NCBI GenBank assembly: GCA_002867475.1
Contig: PKTL01000043.1
Coordinates: 16,192-80,191 of the forward strand
Reading direction: 5' to 3'
Length of the DNA stretch: 64,000 nt
From: Candidatus Woesearchaeota archaeon
GTDB lineage: Archaea > Nanobdellota > Nanobdellia > Woesearchaeales > BM511
The notes beneath the pieces are model-generated. The model saw nothing but the letters and a program-made list of their open reading frames with translations. It had not been told where the DNA came from and did no database searches. Below, one piece after another: positions 1 through 10,025 of this stretch (position 1 is the stretch's first letter; each line of letters begins with the position of its first letter). The translations under genes were made by a program, and so were the position numbers.

Positions 1-3000
1 ATCATCTGCGATATGCATTTGAGGATTATAAAAAGATTTAGAAAACTCATCAATAGATTCTTCACCTATTTGACTTCTAAAAGTATAGTCTTTAGCAATA
101 GCATTTTTTAACTCATCCATAGACATTTTTTTCCCATAATAACTTTCAGCCTTTGCAAACATGTCTAACATGAAAGGTTCATTTACAATTACATGATTAT
201 TAGTCTCTCTTATATAAAGGCCTCTTCTACCATCCTCAAAATTAGATTTCATTACAAATTTAATCTCTCCATAATCTGAAGAAAGACCATATCTAAATTG
301 TGCCCCTCTACTTATAGGATCCTCCTTAAAAGATTTTATAACTCCCGAATCAAAAATTGCATTAATACTAGTTATAGGTGCATTATGAGTCCATTGCAAA
401 TCAACAAATTCTCCCCGTACATCTTGACCTGTAGTAATCTTATCTTGTACCCTTCCATATTCAGGGTTTTCAGAATTACGAACAACCCTTCCAAGATCTT
501 GTGTATCGACTAGTTCTTCTGTTACAGATAATGAAAATGAATCTGTTATTCCTGGTTCAATATTAACAACCACATCAGAAACTGAATCTGAAGTTTCTAA
601 GAAAATTTCAGAAGGAGAAGGAGTATCGTCCAACACCCTGGATCCTGGAAGAATCAAATCTTGGTCAGGAACTGAATGAATAGCAATAGAAAGTGAAGGA
701 TTAGTATCTACCAAATCATCTGCAGCGGTTATCAATCCTTGAGATAAAGAGATTTTCTCTGCTTCTTCTAAAGCTTCAGTAATTTGACTAGAGAGCACAA
801 AATTTTCTTCATCTAAAGATCTAGTAGGTGATACAACCAATGTAGAGGATTCAGCATTTCGTATCAGTATACCCTCATCCATTTCAATTATGGCATCACC
901 ATCAGCTTGAGCAACCAATTGTCTATACCCTGAATCATCTGAAGCTCTTAATACAGGAGATATACTTCCATCAGAATGCCTAAAAACTGCCTCAACGGAA
1001 TCTACTACCAAATCATCTACAGATTCTCTAACCGCTTTTTTAGCACCGCCACCACCTGTTAATACATCTCCAATAACACCTAAACTTGGATGTATAAAAT
1101 CACCACCTATACCTACACCAGCTTCAAAACCAAATCTTGCACCTGAAATGCTTACAACACCATCGGTTGTTATTAATCCTTCAGATGTACTTAATAATTT
1201 CATATCATCTAATTTGCTTAAAACATTTGATGAATAGCTACCTAATTTTTGAAGACCTAATTTTGAAACTGCTGAAGTCGCTTTCGATGCTAATCCAGAA
1301 TACTGCAAACCTTTGATTCCTAACTTTGCAACACCACTGACAAAGATACCACCACCAACCATCTCACCGATAAAATTTGCAGAAGTATCACCAAAATTAT
1401 CAAGTGAAGAATCACTCCAATCAAAAAAATCAGTTCCTACCATGTCATCATATTCAGCTTTTGCAACAGGATCATTCTCCATTACCAAAGCATACATTTG
1501 AGCAGCATCATTATAATAACCTTGTTCTCTAAAATTTCTTGCTTGTGCCAAAAAAAGGTCATTTTGTATCTCTCCACTAAAACCTAGATTGGATTGCACC
1601 AATTCTTCTACTTTCAATTGAGTATTTAATGTAGGGTTTTGATAAAACATTGTACTAAGTTCATTTCGAGTCATATCTCTTTGAGAATCAGAATCATCCT
1701 CGTTTGTTCTTTCAACAGATAATCTATCTGCAAATTCTGGAAATTGATCTGCTAAACTACCTTCACCATTTTCAATAATATTATAAACATCAGTCATTGT
1801 TGATGCTTCACCTTTTTTTATCAAATCTTTGGCAATATCTAATACGACACCTGTAACCTGAGTTTCATAATCTAATCTTTCATTATCTCTTCCAACTGAT
1901 GTTTTATACCACTGCCAAGGGTTTAGCACACTATAACCTGCTTCGATAAGTGTCTGCCAACCTTCTCTAGCATTTTTCCCAGTATATTCCAATTCGCCTG
2001 ACATTGTCTTTTCATAATATTTCATCCAAGGATGTTTATCTCTAGTAGCTTCATCATAAACCCCTAATTGTTCTAATGCCCCTTCTAGAATGGCAAGTTT
2101 TGCTGCTTTATTTTGCTCTAGAAAATTTTGTGCAACTTTATTTTGTTCAGGAGTTCCTTTTCCTAAGACTGATTCATATAATTTAACTGCGCCAACAAAA
2201 TTACCTGAGATAAGCTCTAATGAAGCTAATTTAAAATTAATAGTTGGATTATCTGAAATTTCAGAAAATCTTTCAAGATCCTCTTTTAGAACATTAAAAT
2301 TAAGTTGACCATTTTCAGTATTTCTCATTACTAAAGCTTCAATTATTAAATCTTCATTAGAGATCTTATCACCATAACTTTCTTTTACAATCCTTGGGTC
2401 CATCAATAAAGCTTTATCCTCTCCTTTAACAAAAGCAATAGACCTCATATTTTTACCATCAACCTCTAGATTAACAGAACTGACAATACCTCCTGTATCA
2501 CCTAATTGAATCACAAAATCATCAAAAGAATCAATAAAATGATCCCCAGTGGCTCCAAAAATTTTATTTATTTCATCTAGATTAGAAATGACAACATCAT
2601 CCTCTTTAGATATTAACATAGGAAATTCTAGTATTTCTTTATTTAAACTTAAATCATTTACACTATACCCATCAAATTTTTTAGCAAAAGTTGCAATATC
2701 CCCTTTCTCATCTGCATCAATATATATTTGTTCTACTTCATTGAATGCTCTTATTAAAGTTGAAGAATCTACTAAACCTTCATAAGTATAAGTAGAAGCC
2801 TCAACATCACATTTGCCATAAACCTGATCAAAATTATCACTGTGTAAAACTAATGAACCTATTTCAAACTTGGAGGGATCTAATTTTTTAGTTTTAGAAT
2901 AATCTTCTAAAAATTTAGAATGTTCTATTAAGAATTCTGAAGAATCTTCAATTGATTCCTTAGATTTGGAACTAAACTCTCCTTGTGATGTTGAAAATTG

Positions 3001-4461
3001 ACCAAAGGCCATGAAATCATCACCATATTGAACTAAACCATTAAATTCTCCAAGATTATTTATATCTGTAGACCCATAAGGAGTTATAGCTAAAGGTCTT
3101 CCAATACTATTTGCTTTAAAATTTTTACTTAAATCTACAAAAGTAGAATCATAATCTTTAGTGCTTTTAAGCAAAACCGATCCTTTATCTGTATATATAA
3201 AATCACCTTCTACTGTTTTGGTTGTTACTTTCAATTCTCCAGACTTTAATTTATTCAACAGTTCCGTATTTTGTGCTGAAGTCCCACCGAATTCACCTAA
3301 ACCTAAAGATTCATATGCCTCTTTTCTTGCTTGATAATTATCTTGTCCGGTTCCATATCCTAATTCAGTAAATGTATCAGAAGCACTTGAACCAATAAGA
3401 TTAGAATTAAGTGTTCCTTTTATTGATATCTTTGAATCAATCCCAAAAATTTGAGTATCACTTATTGTTAATGATTGTTCTGATCTAAAATCTATCACTT
3501 CATGATCTGGACCAAAAGTTATTGTTCCTTTTACTATATCTCCAATATCTGTTTCAAAATCAATAGGAGTAAGAATACTTAATGAATTACCATTATCATG
3601 AACTGTTATATCTCCTTGAGATTCATCAATCTCAGCGATTCCATATTTTGAAACCATAACTACTTTTGATCCGGCTGTTAATTGATAATCATCATACTGA
3701 TTATCTGGCAGTTCTAAACCTACACGTAAATCGCCAATTTGTGTTATTCTTGAAAATGTTCCATCTAATTTCACATTTGCATTTGCGATTTCTGCCCCAT
3801 CTTTTAGCCATAATTTTCCACTATCATCAATCCCATCAACAATCCCATCATTAATATTGAATGAACCAGTTATATCTATACCACCCTCTTCTTCAGATAA
3901 TCCTTTTCCTATAGAAATTTCACCAGATTCTTTATCGAAACTGCCTATTTTAGTATTTTCAGAAGCAACGATATAACCTCCTTTTTGACCAAACCAGGTA
4001 GTTACTGCATCAGGATTATTATTCAAAAATGTTGCATCTTTATCAAGCTGTGTATCGACTGAATCTAAAACAGCAGACTCCATCATTAGATCAATATTTG
4101 CATCAACTGCTCTTTTCAAATCTTCAGATTCTAATTTACTTGAATAAGCAGGATTTTTACTAAGTGCTTTTGCTAAGTCAATATCTGTCAATTCTTCTGC
4201 AAGACCTTCACTAGATTCTAACAACATTCCCAAATCTTCAGAAGATATATCCTCAGCATATTTAGCAAGATCAACGCTACTAATCTGAGATAATTGATCT
4301 ACATTTGCATTATCTATAACATGCATAGGATCAGTGGTAAAAACCATCTGCAATTGAGAAGGATCACTCAAGCTACAATCACTGACTACTTCAGGGCATT
4401 CAGCATAGATTAAACTAGTTGAAAGTGTCAGTAATAATATGAGCATGATTACTTTTTTCAT
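1..4461 (-). CDS. Very large secreted protein, partial (C-terminus lies beyond window start); paralog of 6328..8640 product
   Basis: Continuous minus-strand reading frame from ATG (rc of 4459-4461) to the window edge, >1480 codons. The ORF track misses it because there is no stop in the window. N-terminal signal peptide MKKVIMLILLLTLSTSLIYA followed by an ECPxxxxDC motif. ATGA overlap with the upstream gene. Shares N-terminal motifs (DLxKALxS, FLNNNxxAxxxWFxxKGG, SFDKES) with the 770-aa paralog. Confidence 0.7.
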   Translation of the reverse strand, partial: MKKVIMLILLLTLSTSLIYAECPEVVSDCSLSDPSQLQMVFTTDPMHVIDNANVDQLSQISSVDLAKYAEDISSEDLGMLLESSEGLAEELTDIDLAKALSKNPAYSSKLESEDLKRAVDANIDLMMESAVLDSVDTQLDKDATFLNNNPDAVTTWFGQKGGYIVASENTKIGSFDKESGEISIGKGLSEEEGGIDITGSFNINDGIVDGIDDSGKLWLKDGAEIANANVKLDGTFSRITQIGDLRVGLELPDNQYDDYQLTAGSKVVMVSKYGIAEIDESQGDITVHDNGNSLSILTPIDFETDIGDIVKGTITFGPDHEVIDFRSEQSLTISDTQIFGIDSKISIKGTLNSNLIGSSASDTFTELGYGTGQDNYQARKEAYESLGLGEFGGTSAQNTELLNKLKSGELKVTTKTVEGDFIYTDKGSVLLKSTKDYDSTFVDLSKNFKANSIGRPLAITPYGSTDINNLGEFNGLVQYGDDFMAFGQFSTSQGEFSSKSKESIEDSSEFLIEHSKFLEDYSKTKKLDPSKFEIGSLVLHSDNFDQVYGKCDVEASTYTYEGLVDSSTLIRAFNEVEQIYIDADEKGDIATFAKKFDGYSVNDLSLNKEILEFPMLISKEDDVVISNLDEINKIFGATGDHFIDSFDDFVIQLGDTGGIVSSVNLEVDGKNMRSIAFVKGEDKALLMDPRIVKESYGDKISNEDLIIEALVMRNTENGQLNFNVLKEDLERFSEISDNPTINFKLASLELISGNFVGAVKLYESVLGKGTPEQNKVAQNFLEQNKAAKLAILEGALEQLGVYDEATRDKHPWMKYYEKTMSGELEYTGKNAREGWQTLIEAGYSVLNPWQWYKTSVGRDNERLDYETQVTGVVLDIAKDLIKKGEASTMTDVYNIIENGEGSLADQFPEFADRLSVERTNEDDSDSQRDMTRNELSTMFYQNPTLNTQLKVEELVQSNLGFSGEIQNDLFLAQARNFREQGYYNDAAQMYALVMENDPVAKAEYDDMVGTDFFDWSDSSLDNFGDTSANFIGEMVGGGIFVSGVAKLGIKGLQYSGLASKATSAVSKLGLQKLGSYSSNVLSKLDDMKLLSTSEGLITTDGVVSISGARFGFEAGVGIGGDFIHPSLGVIGDVLTGGGGAKKAVRESVDDLVVDSVEAVFRHSDGSISPVLRASDDSGYRQLVAQADGDAIIEMDEGILIRNAESSTLVVSPTRSLDEENFVLSSQITEALEEAEKISLSQGLITAADDLVDTNPSLSIAIHSVPDQDLILPGSRVLDDTPSPSEIFLETSDSVSDVVVNIEPGITDSFSLSVTEELVDTQDLGRVVRNSENPEYGRVQDKITTGQDVRGEFVDLQWTHNAPITSINAIFDSGVIKSFKEDPISRGAQFRYGLSSDYGEIKFVMKSNFEDGRRGLYIRETNNHVIVNEPFMLDMFAKAESYYGKKMSMDELKNAIAKDYTFRSQIGEESIDEFSKSFYNPQMHIADD

Positions 4462-5534
4462 TGTGGGATAAATGTTACCTCTCTGCAATGCTTGTCTCGT
4501 TGGTCATATGCACAAAATTCTATTGTTTTCTCTTCAGAAGTTCTTGCAGTATATGAAACCATTCCTGTAATTGGATTGACAAATACGTTTCTCTCTTCAG
4601 TGTAATAATTTATCATATCACCATCATAATCTGTTGCGTTTAAGTAAAAAGTGAAAGGTTCGTTTATTCCAACTACATGATCTGGAATGAATTCTAGTCT
4701 TGGTGCACTATTCACTTTCTTGTTTATTGCTAGATTGAATATTAAAGGCACTTCATATTCATCATATTCTGAAATTATTGAGATGACATAATCTGTTCCT
4801 GAATAAGGATTTAAGATTATCTTTTCATCAAATGATGTGAGTAGTTCAAAGCTTAATTCTTGTGAAAGGCTTCCATCTCCAAGAAGATCTTCTGCTTGTT
4901 CATCTTCTATACCAAAACCGGATAAGTATTCTTGCGATATTAGTTCATCAACTTTTATGCTTGTTTTTATCTCATCTGCTGCACCAAGTATTTTTAAGAT
5001 GTTTATAGGTACTTTAAAGCTGTATTCTTCAACCAACAAGTTAGAATTGTCCCTTTCTAAGGATATTGGATAATTAAGGTCTACCCTCACATTTTTATAT
5101 TCGAAATTAACTGAAGCTTTTGGCTCACCATAAACTATATCATTAACGGCGAATAGATCCGATCTTTTTACACATAAAGATATCGTATCTTCAACAAACT
5201 TTCCTAATTCAGATTCCATGAATTCTACGTTTGGACTAGTATCTATACCATCATAAATGTGATAAGCTACAGGGTTGTTTATGACTAGAAATATGTCTGA
5301 ATAATCATAGATAAATCCACCTCTATTTGCAAGCAAATAAATTCCTGGAACTGATACATCCTCAATGCACCTTTCCACATATTCCTCCACTATTCCTTTT
5401 GTAAGGATAGTGTTAGATATATCTAGTTGATCAATATCAACATCATCTTTCATAAGGTAGTAGAATGAGATAACTCCTAGTATCAATATACCTATTATTA
5501 TGAATACTGTCACCTGTCCCTTCTTATTCATCAT
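4458..5534 (-). CDS. Class III signal peptide (archaeal type IV pilin-like) protein, 358 aa
   Basis: N-terminus MMNKKGQVTVFIIIGILILGVISF: basic residues, then KG|Q, then a hydrophobic helix, as in archaeal prepilin-peptidase substrates. Its stop TGA overlaps the ATG of the downstream secreted-protein gene (ATGA). Paralog of 8637..9677. Confidence 0.6.
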   Translation of the reverse strand: MMNKKGQVTVFIIIGILILGVISFYYLMKDDVDIDQLDISNTILTKGIVEEYVERCIEDVSVPGIYLLANRGGFIYDYSDIFLVINNPVAYHIYDGIDTSPNVEFMESELGKFVEDTISLCVKRSDLFAVNDIVYGEPKASVNFEYKNVRVDLNYPISLERDNSNLLVEEYSFKVPINILKILGAADEIKTSIKVDELISQEYLSGFGIEDEQAEDLLGDGSLSQELSFELLTSFDEKIILNPYSGTDYVISIISEYDEYEVPLIFNLAINKKVNSAPRLEFIPDHVVGINEPFTFYLNATDYDGDMINYYTEERNVFVNPITGMVSYTARTSEEKTIEFCAYDQRDKHCREVTFIPQ

Positions 5535-5550
5535 TGTTTTAAGTAACTAG

Positions 5551-5576
5551 ATACTATATAAAGTTTAAGAAAAAGA
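5551..5576 (-). promoter_or_regulatory. BRE/TATA promoter for the pilin-like gene (leaderless); 26 nt identical to 9700..9725
   Basis: ATACTATATAAAGTTTAAGAAAAAGA on the + strand; rc gives AAACTTTATATAGT with the TATA box about 22-29 nt upstream of the ATG at 5534. Identical copy upstream of the paralogous gene. Confidence 0.55.
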
Positions 5577-5655
5577 GAGATAATTCATTTATTTATTACT
5601 TATTAGTGACTACAAAAACGAAAGCTTTATATAGTAATAGATATTATGATAAGAT

Positions 5656-6327
5656 ATGGATAGAAGAACTTTTTTAAAAAATCTTGGACTTGCTACTGCA
5701 AGCTTAACCATGCCAAAAACAGCGTTAGCTTCATTAGAAGATACAATAAAATACCTAGATGGAACAAGAGAAAGAAAAATTGGTAACACCTTAAAAGTAC
5801 AAAAAGCATATGAACTTTCAAATGAAAAAGGACTATCCTTACTAGTTGATAAAACAAACTATTCCCTACAAGTATTATCAAAAGGTAAAGTTATCCATGA
5901 ATATCCTATTGAACTTGGTTTTGATCCGAAAAATGATAAAGAAGTTGAAGGAGATGGAAGAACTCCTGAAGGACATTTTTTCATCTGCAAAAAAAATCCT
6001 TATAGTAATTTCCATAAATCACTTGGAATAAGCTATCCAAACCTAGAAGATGTTGAAAGAGGATTACATGAAGGATTAATCACTCAAAAAGAAGCAGATT
6101 CTATTGAATACCAGATAAAAAATGAGATGCAACCTTTATGGAAAACAGCACTTGGTGGTGAAGTTATGATTCACGGAAGTGGCTCAGGAAAAACACCTAA
6201 TCAAGGTGGAAGAAACTGGACATGGGGCTGTATATCGTTAGCTGATAACCATATCGATGAAGTATATGATATATCAAAAGTAGGAACACCTTTAATCATC
6301 GTGAAAAACAATCCTTATCTTAGATAA
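5656..6327 (+). CDS. L,D-transpeptidase (YkuD/ErfK catalytic domain) with Tat-type signal peptide
   Basis: N-terminus MDRRTFLKNLGLATASL matches the (S/T)RRxFLK twin-arginine consensus. C-terminus has MIHGSGSGKTPNQGGRNWTWGCISLADN, a His...Cys catalytic pair with YkuD-like spacing and context. Confidence 0.65.
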   Translation: MDRRTFLKNLGLATASLTMPKTALASLEDTIKYLDGTRERKIGNTLKVQKAYELSNEKGLSLLVDKTNYSLQVLSKGKVIHEYPIELGFDPKNDKEVEGDGRTPEGHFFICKKNPYSNFHKSLGISYPNLEDVERGLHEGLITQKEADSIEYQIKNEMQPLWKTALGGEVMIHGSGSGKTPNQGGRNWTWGCISLADNHIDEVYDISKVGTPLIIVKNNPYLR

Positions 6328-8640
6328 TTACCATTCATCTAATTCAGTGTTTGTTGCAACAGAATTAGTTTCTGCATAAATTCTTTCACTTTCAACAAAA
6401 TTTAATTCTACCCCCTTAATTTTTTCTGCTGAATAATATTTCCAAACACCACTCTCATCCTTATAATAATAAGCCATCCTTTGACCTTCATTCTTACCAT
6501 TTTCCATATTATATCTCCATCCTGTAGAATCTTGAGATTTTCCTAGCCAAGAATTTTTTTTAGATTCTTTAATGACTAAATCACCCATAGCTTTATAACC
6601 TTCTCGTTGAAGAACATCAACATTAACTATTTTTCCAACAACAGGATCCCTACCTGGAGCTACAGTTTCCCAACCAGCAATTAATCTAACATTAGGATAG
6701 GCCTTTTCCATAGTAGAAACAAATTTTTCAGCAGTTTGAAATTCAGGATTTGCATTATCTGTATATCTAAATTCACCATAATGAGAAGTTTGAGAATTAT
6801 CATAATATTGAGAATAGACCAAAGAATCACCATTTGCTACTTTTTCTCTTAAATATTCAGGATCCATAACTGTATGACAAGCACTAAAAGTTACAACTTC
6901 AATATTGGGATTTCTAGGCAAAGATTCAAAAGAGATAGTTTCTGCAAATTGATTAAATATACCATTTTGTCCGGTATAATGATGTCCTGAAAAAGACAAA
7001 ATTGTAGCATCAGTAGTTGCTAATTTTTGAAATAGTTCAGGATCACCATTTTGTACTGAATCATAATACATTGAAGAAGGAATAATTCGCTGAATAGTTT
7101 CCCCAACATTTGTAAATTCTGGATTTCCAGTTAATTGAAAAACACCATTTACTTCTGAAGGTTTTGAAGGATAATTTCCACAATTACCTTTTTCTTGACA
7201 AGAAGAACAAATAAAAAATTCTCCATCAATAAGGTTTATTGTATGCGCACCTTCTAAAGAAGTCTCAACCTGATCAAAATTAAAATCATAACGTATATCA
7301 GGAGTAATTTCAGTCATTATTCCTTCAATAATAATAGGATTATTAGGATCTGCAGAAAAAATCAAATGAGAGTTATCTGTATTTAAATTAATTATACTTT
7401 CATCGGTTATTTCATCAATATCAATATCTACTAAATTATCTAAATTGACAATCTCCATATTATTATCTACGCTTTTAACAAAAATTGTTCCTTTTTCTTT
7501 AGTATGGGAAATACATGAAACTTGAGAATTTTCACAATAATTAACAGAAGAATAATCATCTAGATTTTCATAATAACATAATCCATTTTCACAAATTTGA
7601 GCTGGTTCCAATATAGGCTGTGAATCTACATAATAATATGTCTCCTCTTCCGCATTAAAAAAAAATGATTTTTCACCATCAAAATAGGGCATAAATTTAG
7701 TATTTTCACCAATTATAAAATCCTCATCATCATAGATAACCTTTCCTGAAAATTCGAAAGAAACTTCATTATTAGATTTATCAAAAACTATAAGATTTTC
7801 TCCTTCAAAAGTTTTTTTATTACCCTCAAGATCAACATTGAGAAATCCACCTTCCATCGTACTATATCTTTTATCTATATCTTGAATCTCCCCATTAATT
7901 ATATTTACATTAGTATTTTGAGAATTTGAAATATCTGTGACGCCACCAACGACTACCACATCACCATTTTCATTTATACCGATATTGCCTGAAGAAATTT
8001 CTGTACCTGTAATCAATATTAATCTTCCTTCACTTGTAATTTGAGCCCCCGGATGATCATTTATATTAAAAGTGGTAGATTCAGAACCTCCTGTTTTAAC
8101 AATGTTTGACTCCTTATCAAAACTTGAAATAGAAGCACCATTTTGAGGAATTATACCTCCTTTTGTTTCAAACCAAGAGGCTAACGCTTCATGATTATTA
8201 TTTAAAATAAAAGTATTTCCATTACTAACTTCATCATCAATCTTACTCAACACCACAGGATTACCAATTAAACCAGCCGCATCTGATTCAAGCGCTTTAG
8301 ATAAATCATCAGAATCCAACTTATTAACAGAGTCAGGCTTTGCTAAAATACACGCACTTAATTTTTCTGGAGTCATACCATTATACTTTGCAAGCTCCGG
8401 CCTTTGTAATAATACTTCGCCTATCTCATCAGGAAAATCACTTGCAAAATCACTAAGCGTAGAACTATCCAAACCCATTAAATCATTAACACTCACCCTT
8501 TCATCACTAGGACTCAAATCACCTGACTGTAAACCAATCAACCGATCACTTTGACTTGAATAATCACAATCAGGAGGACAATCAGCAAAAACAAAATTAC
8601 ATAATAATAAAATCATAATAAATAAAACTATTTTTTTCAT
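6328..8640 (-). CDS. Large secreted protein, 770 aa, paralog of the partial gene at 1..4461
   Basis: Signal peptide MKKIVLFIMILLLCNFVFA followed by DCPPDC. Shared motifs with the paralog. ATGA overlap with the upstream pilin-like gene. C-terminal region carries a candidate Cys/His pair (FSGHHYTG ... VVTFSACHT). Confidence 0.7.
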   Translation of the reverse strand: MKKIVLFIMILLLCNFVFADCPPDCDYSSQSDRLIGLQSGDLSPSDERVSVNDLMGLDSSTLSDFASDFPDEIGEVLLQRPELAKYNGMTPEKLSACILAKPDSVNKLDSDDLSKALESDAAGLIGNPVVLSKIDDEVSNGNTFILNNNHEALASWFETKGGIIPQNGASISSFDKESNIVKTGGSESTTFNINDHPGAQITSEGRLILITGTEISSGNIGINENGDVVVVGGVTDISNSQNTNVNIINGEIQDIDKRYSTMEGGFLNVDLEGNKKTFEGENLIVFDKSNNEVSFEFSGKVIYDDEDFIIGENTKFMPYFDGEKSFFFNAEEETYYYVDSQPILEPAQICENGLCYYENLDDYSSVNYCENSQVSCISHTKEKGTIFVKSVDNNMEIVNLDNLVDIDIDEITDESIINLNTDNSHLIFSADPNNPIIIEGIMTEITPDIRYDFNFDQVETSLEGAHTINLIDGEFFICSSCQEKGNCGNYPSKPSEVNGVFQLTGNPEFTNVGETIQRIIPSSMYYDSVQNGDPELFQKLATTDATILSFSGHHYTGQNGIFNQFAETISFESLPRNPNIEVVTFSACHTVMDPEYLREKVANGDSLVYSQYYDNSQTSHYGEFRYTDNANPEFQTAEKFVSTMEKAYPNVRLIAGWETVAPGRDPVVGKIVNVDVLQREGYKAMGDLVIKESKKNSWLGKSQDSTGWRYNMENGKNEGQRMAYYYKDESGVWKYYSAEKIKGVELNFVESERIYAETNSVATNTELDEW

Positions 8641-9677
8641 ATTGCATCACCAGATTTATTAAAAGTTATAAAACTTATATCTTCTCTACCTAAATCATCT
8701 CTAATTTTAATTATATATGAACTAATTCCATAGTCTAAAATCGAAGTATTAAAATAGATGATACCTTGATTTTCATCAATATTAAATTTTTCAGAATTAT
8801 CATAGAATTTTAGATTGTTACCAGAAGCAGTAACTTTAAAATCAAATATTAGATTATTTTCAATATTAAAAATATCTGTATCAACAATTAGAGGATGATT
8901 CTCTTCAATTAATTGATTCCAATACATATAATCCCATTGATAATAAGTAGCATAATTATACCTAAAATCATCTTGATTAGGAATTGTAAAATTAAATGAA
9001 AATAATACTTCAGAAAAACCTTTATGAATAATATTGAAAGTATAATTATATTTCATAGAATTGATAAGGATATTACCAAAAATTATTTCATTAGGATATT
9101 TTTCCTGTTCATCTATTATATTGGAGATTATATCATATTTTTCTTTGAAACTATTATCAACTACTGCATCATACTTTGTTCGTTTTATTATAGTGTCATC
9201 TTTGATTAATTCCAGATATAGTTCTAGGTCTGCTTCTATATTTTTTTGATTTATGTTTGCATCGACATCTTTTAGTTCATATTGCAAGATTGAGACCTTA
9301 TCCTTAAAGGAGTTATAATCATCTATGCAATTTTCTAGATTATAATACACATATTTATTCAATTCACCTTCAATTATTTCTATTGAAGGGATCTTTTTTT
9401 CACCATCCCAATAATATGCAACTTTCATATTTTCAAAATCTATATAATCTAATTGAAGGTCATAATAACCCCCTCTTAATGCTAGATATCTTATCCCCTC
9501 ATCTATTGTTTTTGAAAGACATAATTTTGTAAACTGATCAATCTCTTCAAAAACTTCAACTTGTCCTGTTTCTTCAAAAGAATCAGATTCTTTTTTTGTT
9601 AGAATCAGAAAAGAAACCGCTATAACTATCAATATACCTATTATTATGAATATTGTTACTTGACCTTTTCTTCCCAC
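8637..9677 (-). CDS. Class III signal peptide (type IV pilin-like) protein, 346 aa
   Basis: N-terminus MGRKGQVTIFIIIGILIVIAVSF (KG|Q plus hydrophobic helix); paralog of 4458..5534. Confidence 0.6.
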   Translation of the reverse strand: MGRKGQVTIFIIIGILIVIAVSFLILTKKESDSFEETGQVEVFEEIDQFTKLCLSKTIDEGIRYLALRGGYYDLQLDYIDFENMKVAYYWDGEKKIPSIEIIEGELNKYVYYNLENCIDDYNSFKDKVSILQYELKDVDANINQKNIEADLELYLELIKDDTIIKRTKYDAVVDNSFKEKYDIISNIIDEQEKYPNEIIFGNILINSMKYNYTFNIIHKGFSEVLFSFNFTIPNQDDFRYNYATYYQWDYMYWNQLIEENHPLIVDTDIFNIENNLIFDFKVTASGNNLKFYDNSEKFNIDENQGIIYFNTSILDYGISSYIIKIRDDLGREDISFITFNKSGDAI

Positions 9678-9699
9678 TTTATACTAAATTTAGAATTTA

Positions 9700-9725
9700 A
9701 TACTATATAAAGTTTAAGAAAAAGA
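9700..9725 (-). promoter_or_regulatory. BRE/TATA promoter for the second pilin-like gene; identical 26-mer
   Basis: ATACTATATAAAGTTTAAGAAAAAGA, identical to 5551..5576; TATA about 28-35 nt upstream of the start at 9677. Confidence 0.55.
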
Positions 9726-10025
9726 TTAATGAAATAACTTCTCATATTTTTCAAGTTGTCTCTTTGATAATTTATATATTATGTCATGATGCTCATAATC
9801 TACGAAATGAATAGTTCCATCATCTCCAAAGAAGAGTATAACATAAGAATTGTTAACATGTGCTCGTTTAAATCTTTTTAATTTATATTTCAAATTTTTG
9901 TAATGATTAATATCTTCAGAACATATTATTTCATCAATTTTATTCATAAGATTTTTTAATTCTTGGCCTCTAAGCTTACTAACTTTCTTTTCAAAATCTG
10001 GAGAAGTTTTAGCTTTTCTTTTCAT
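9726..10025 (-). CDS. RelE/ParE-family toxin
   Basis: C-terminal KRFKRAHVNNSYVILFFGDDGTIHFVDYEHHDIIYK resembles the RelE/ParE core (Rxxxx YRiiY ... hRkdiY). One-nt overlap with the upstream antitoxin gene. Confidence 0.55.
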   Translation of the reverse strand: MKRKAKTSPDFEKKVSKLRGQELKNLMNKIDEIICSEDINHYKNLKYKLKRFKRAHVNNSYVILFFGDDGTIHFVDYEHHDIIYKLSKRQLEKYEKLFH

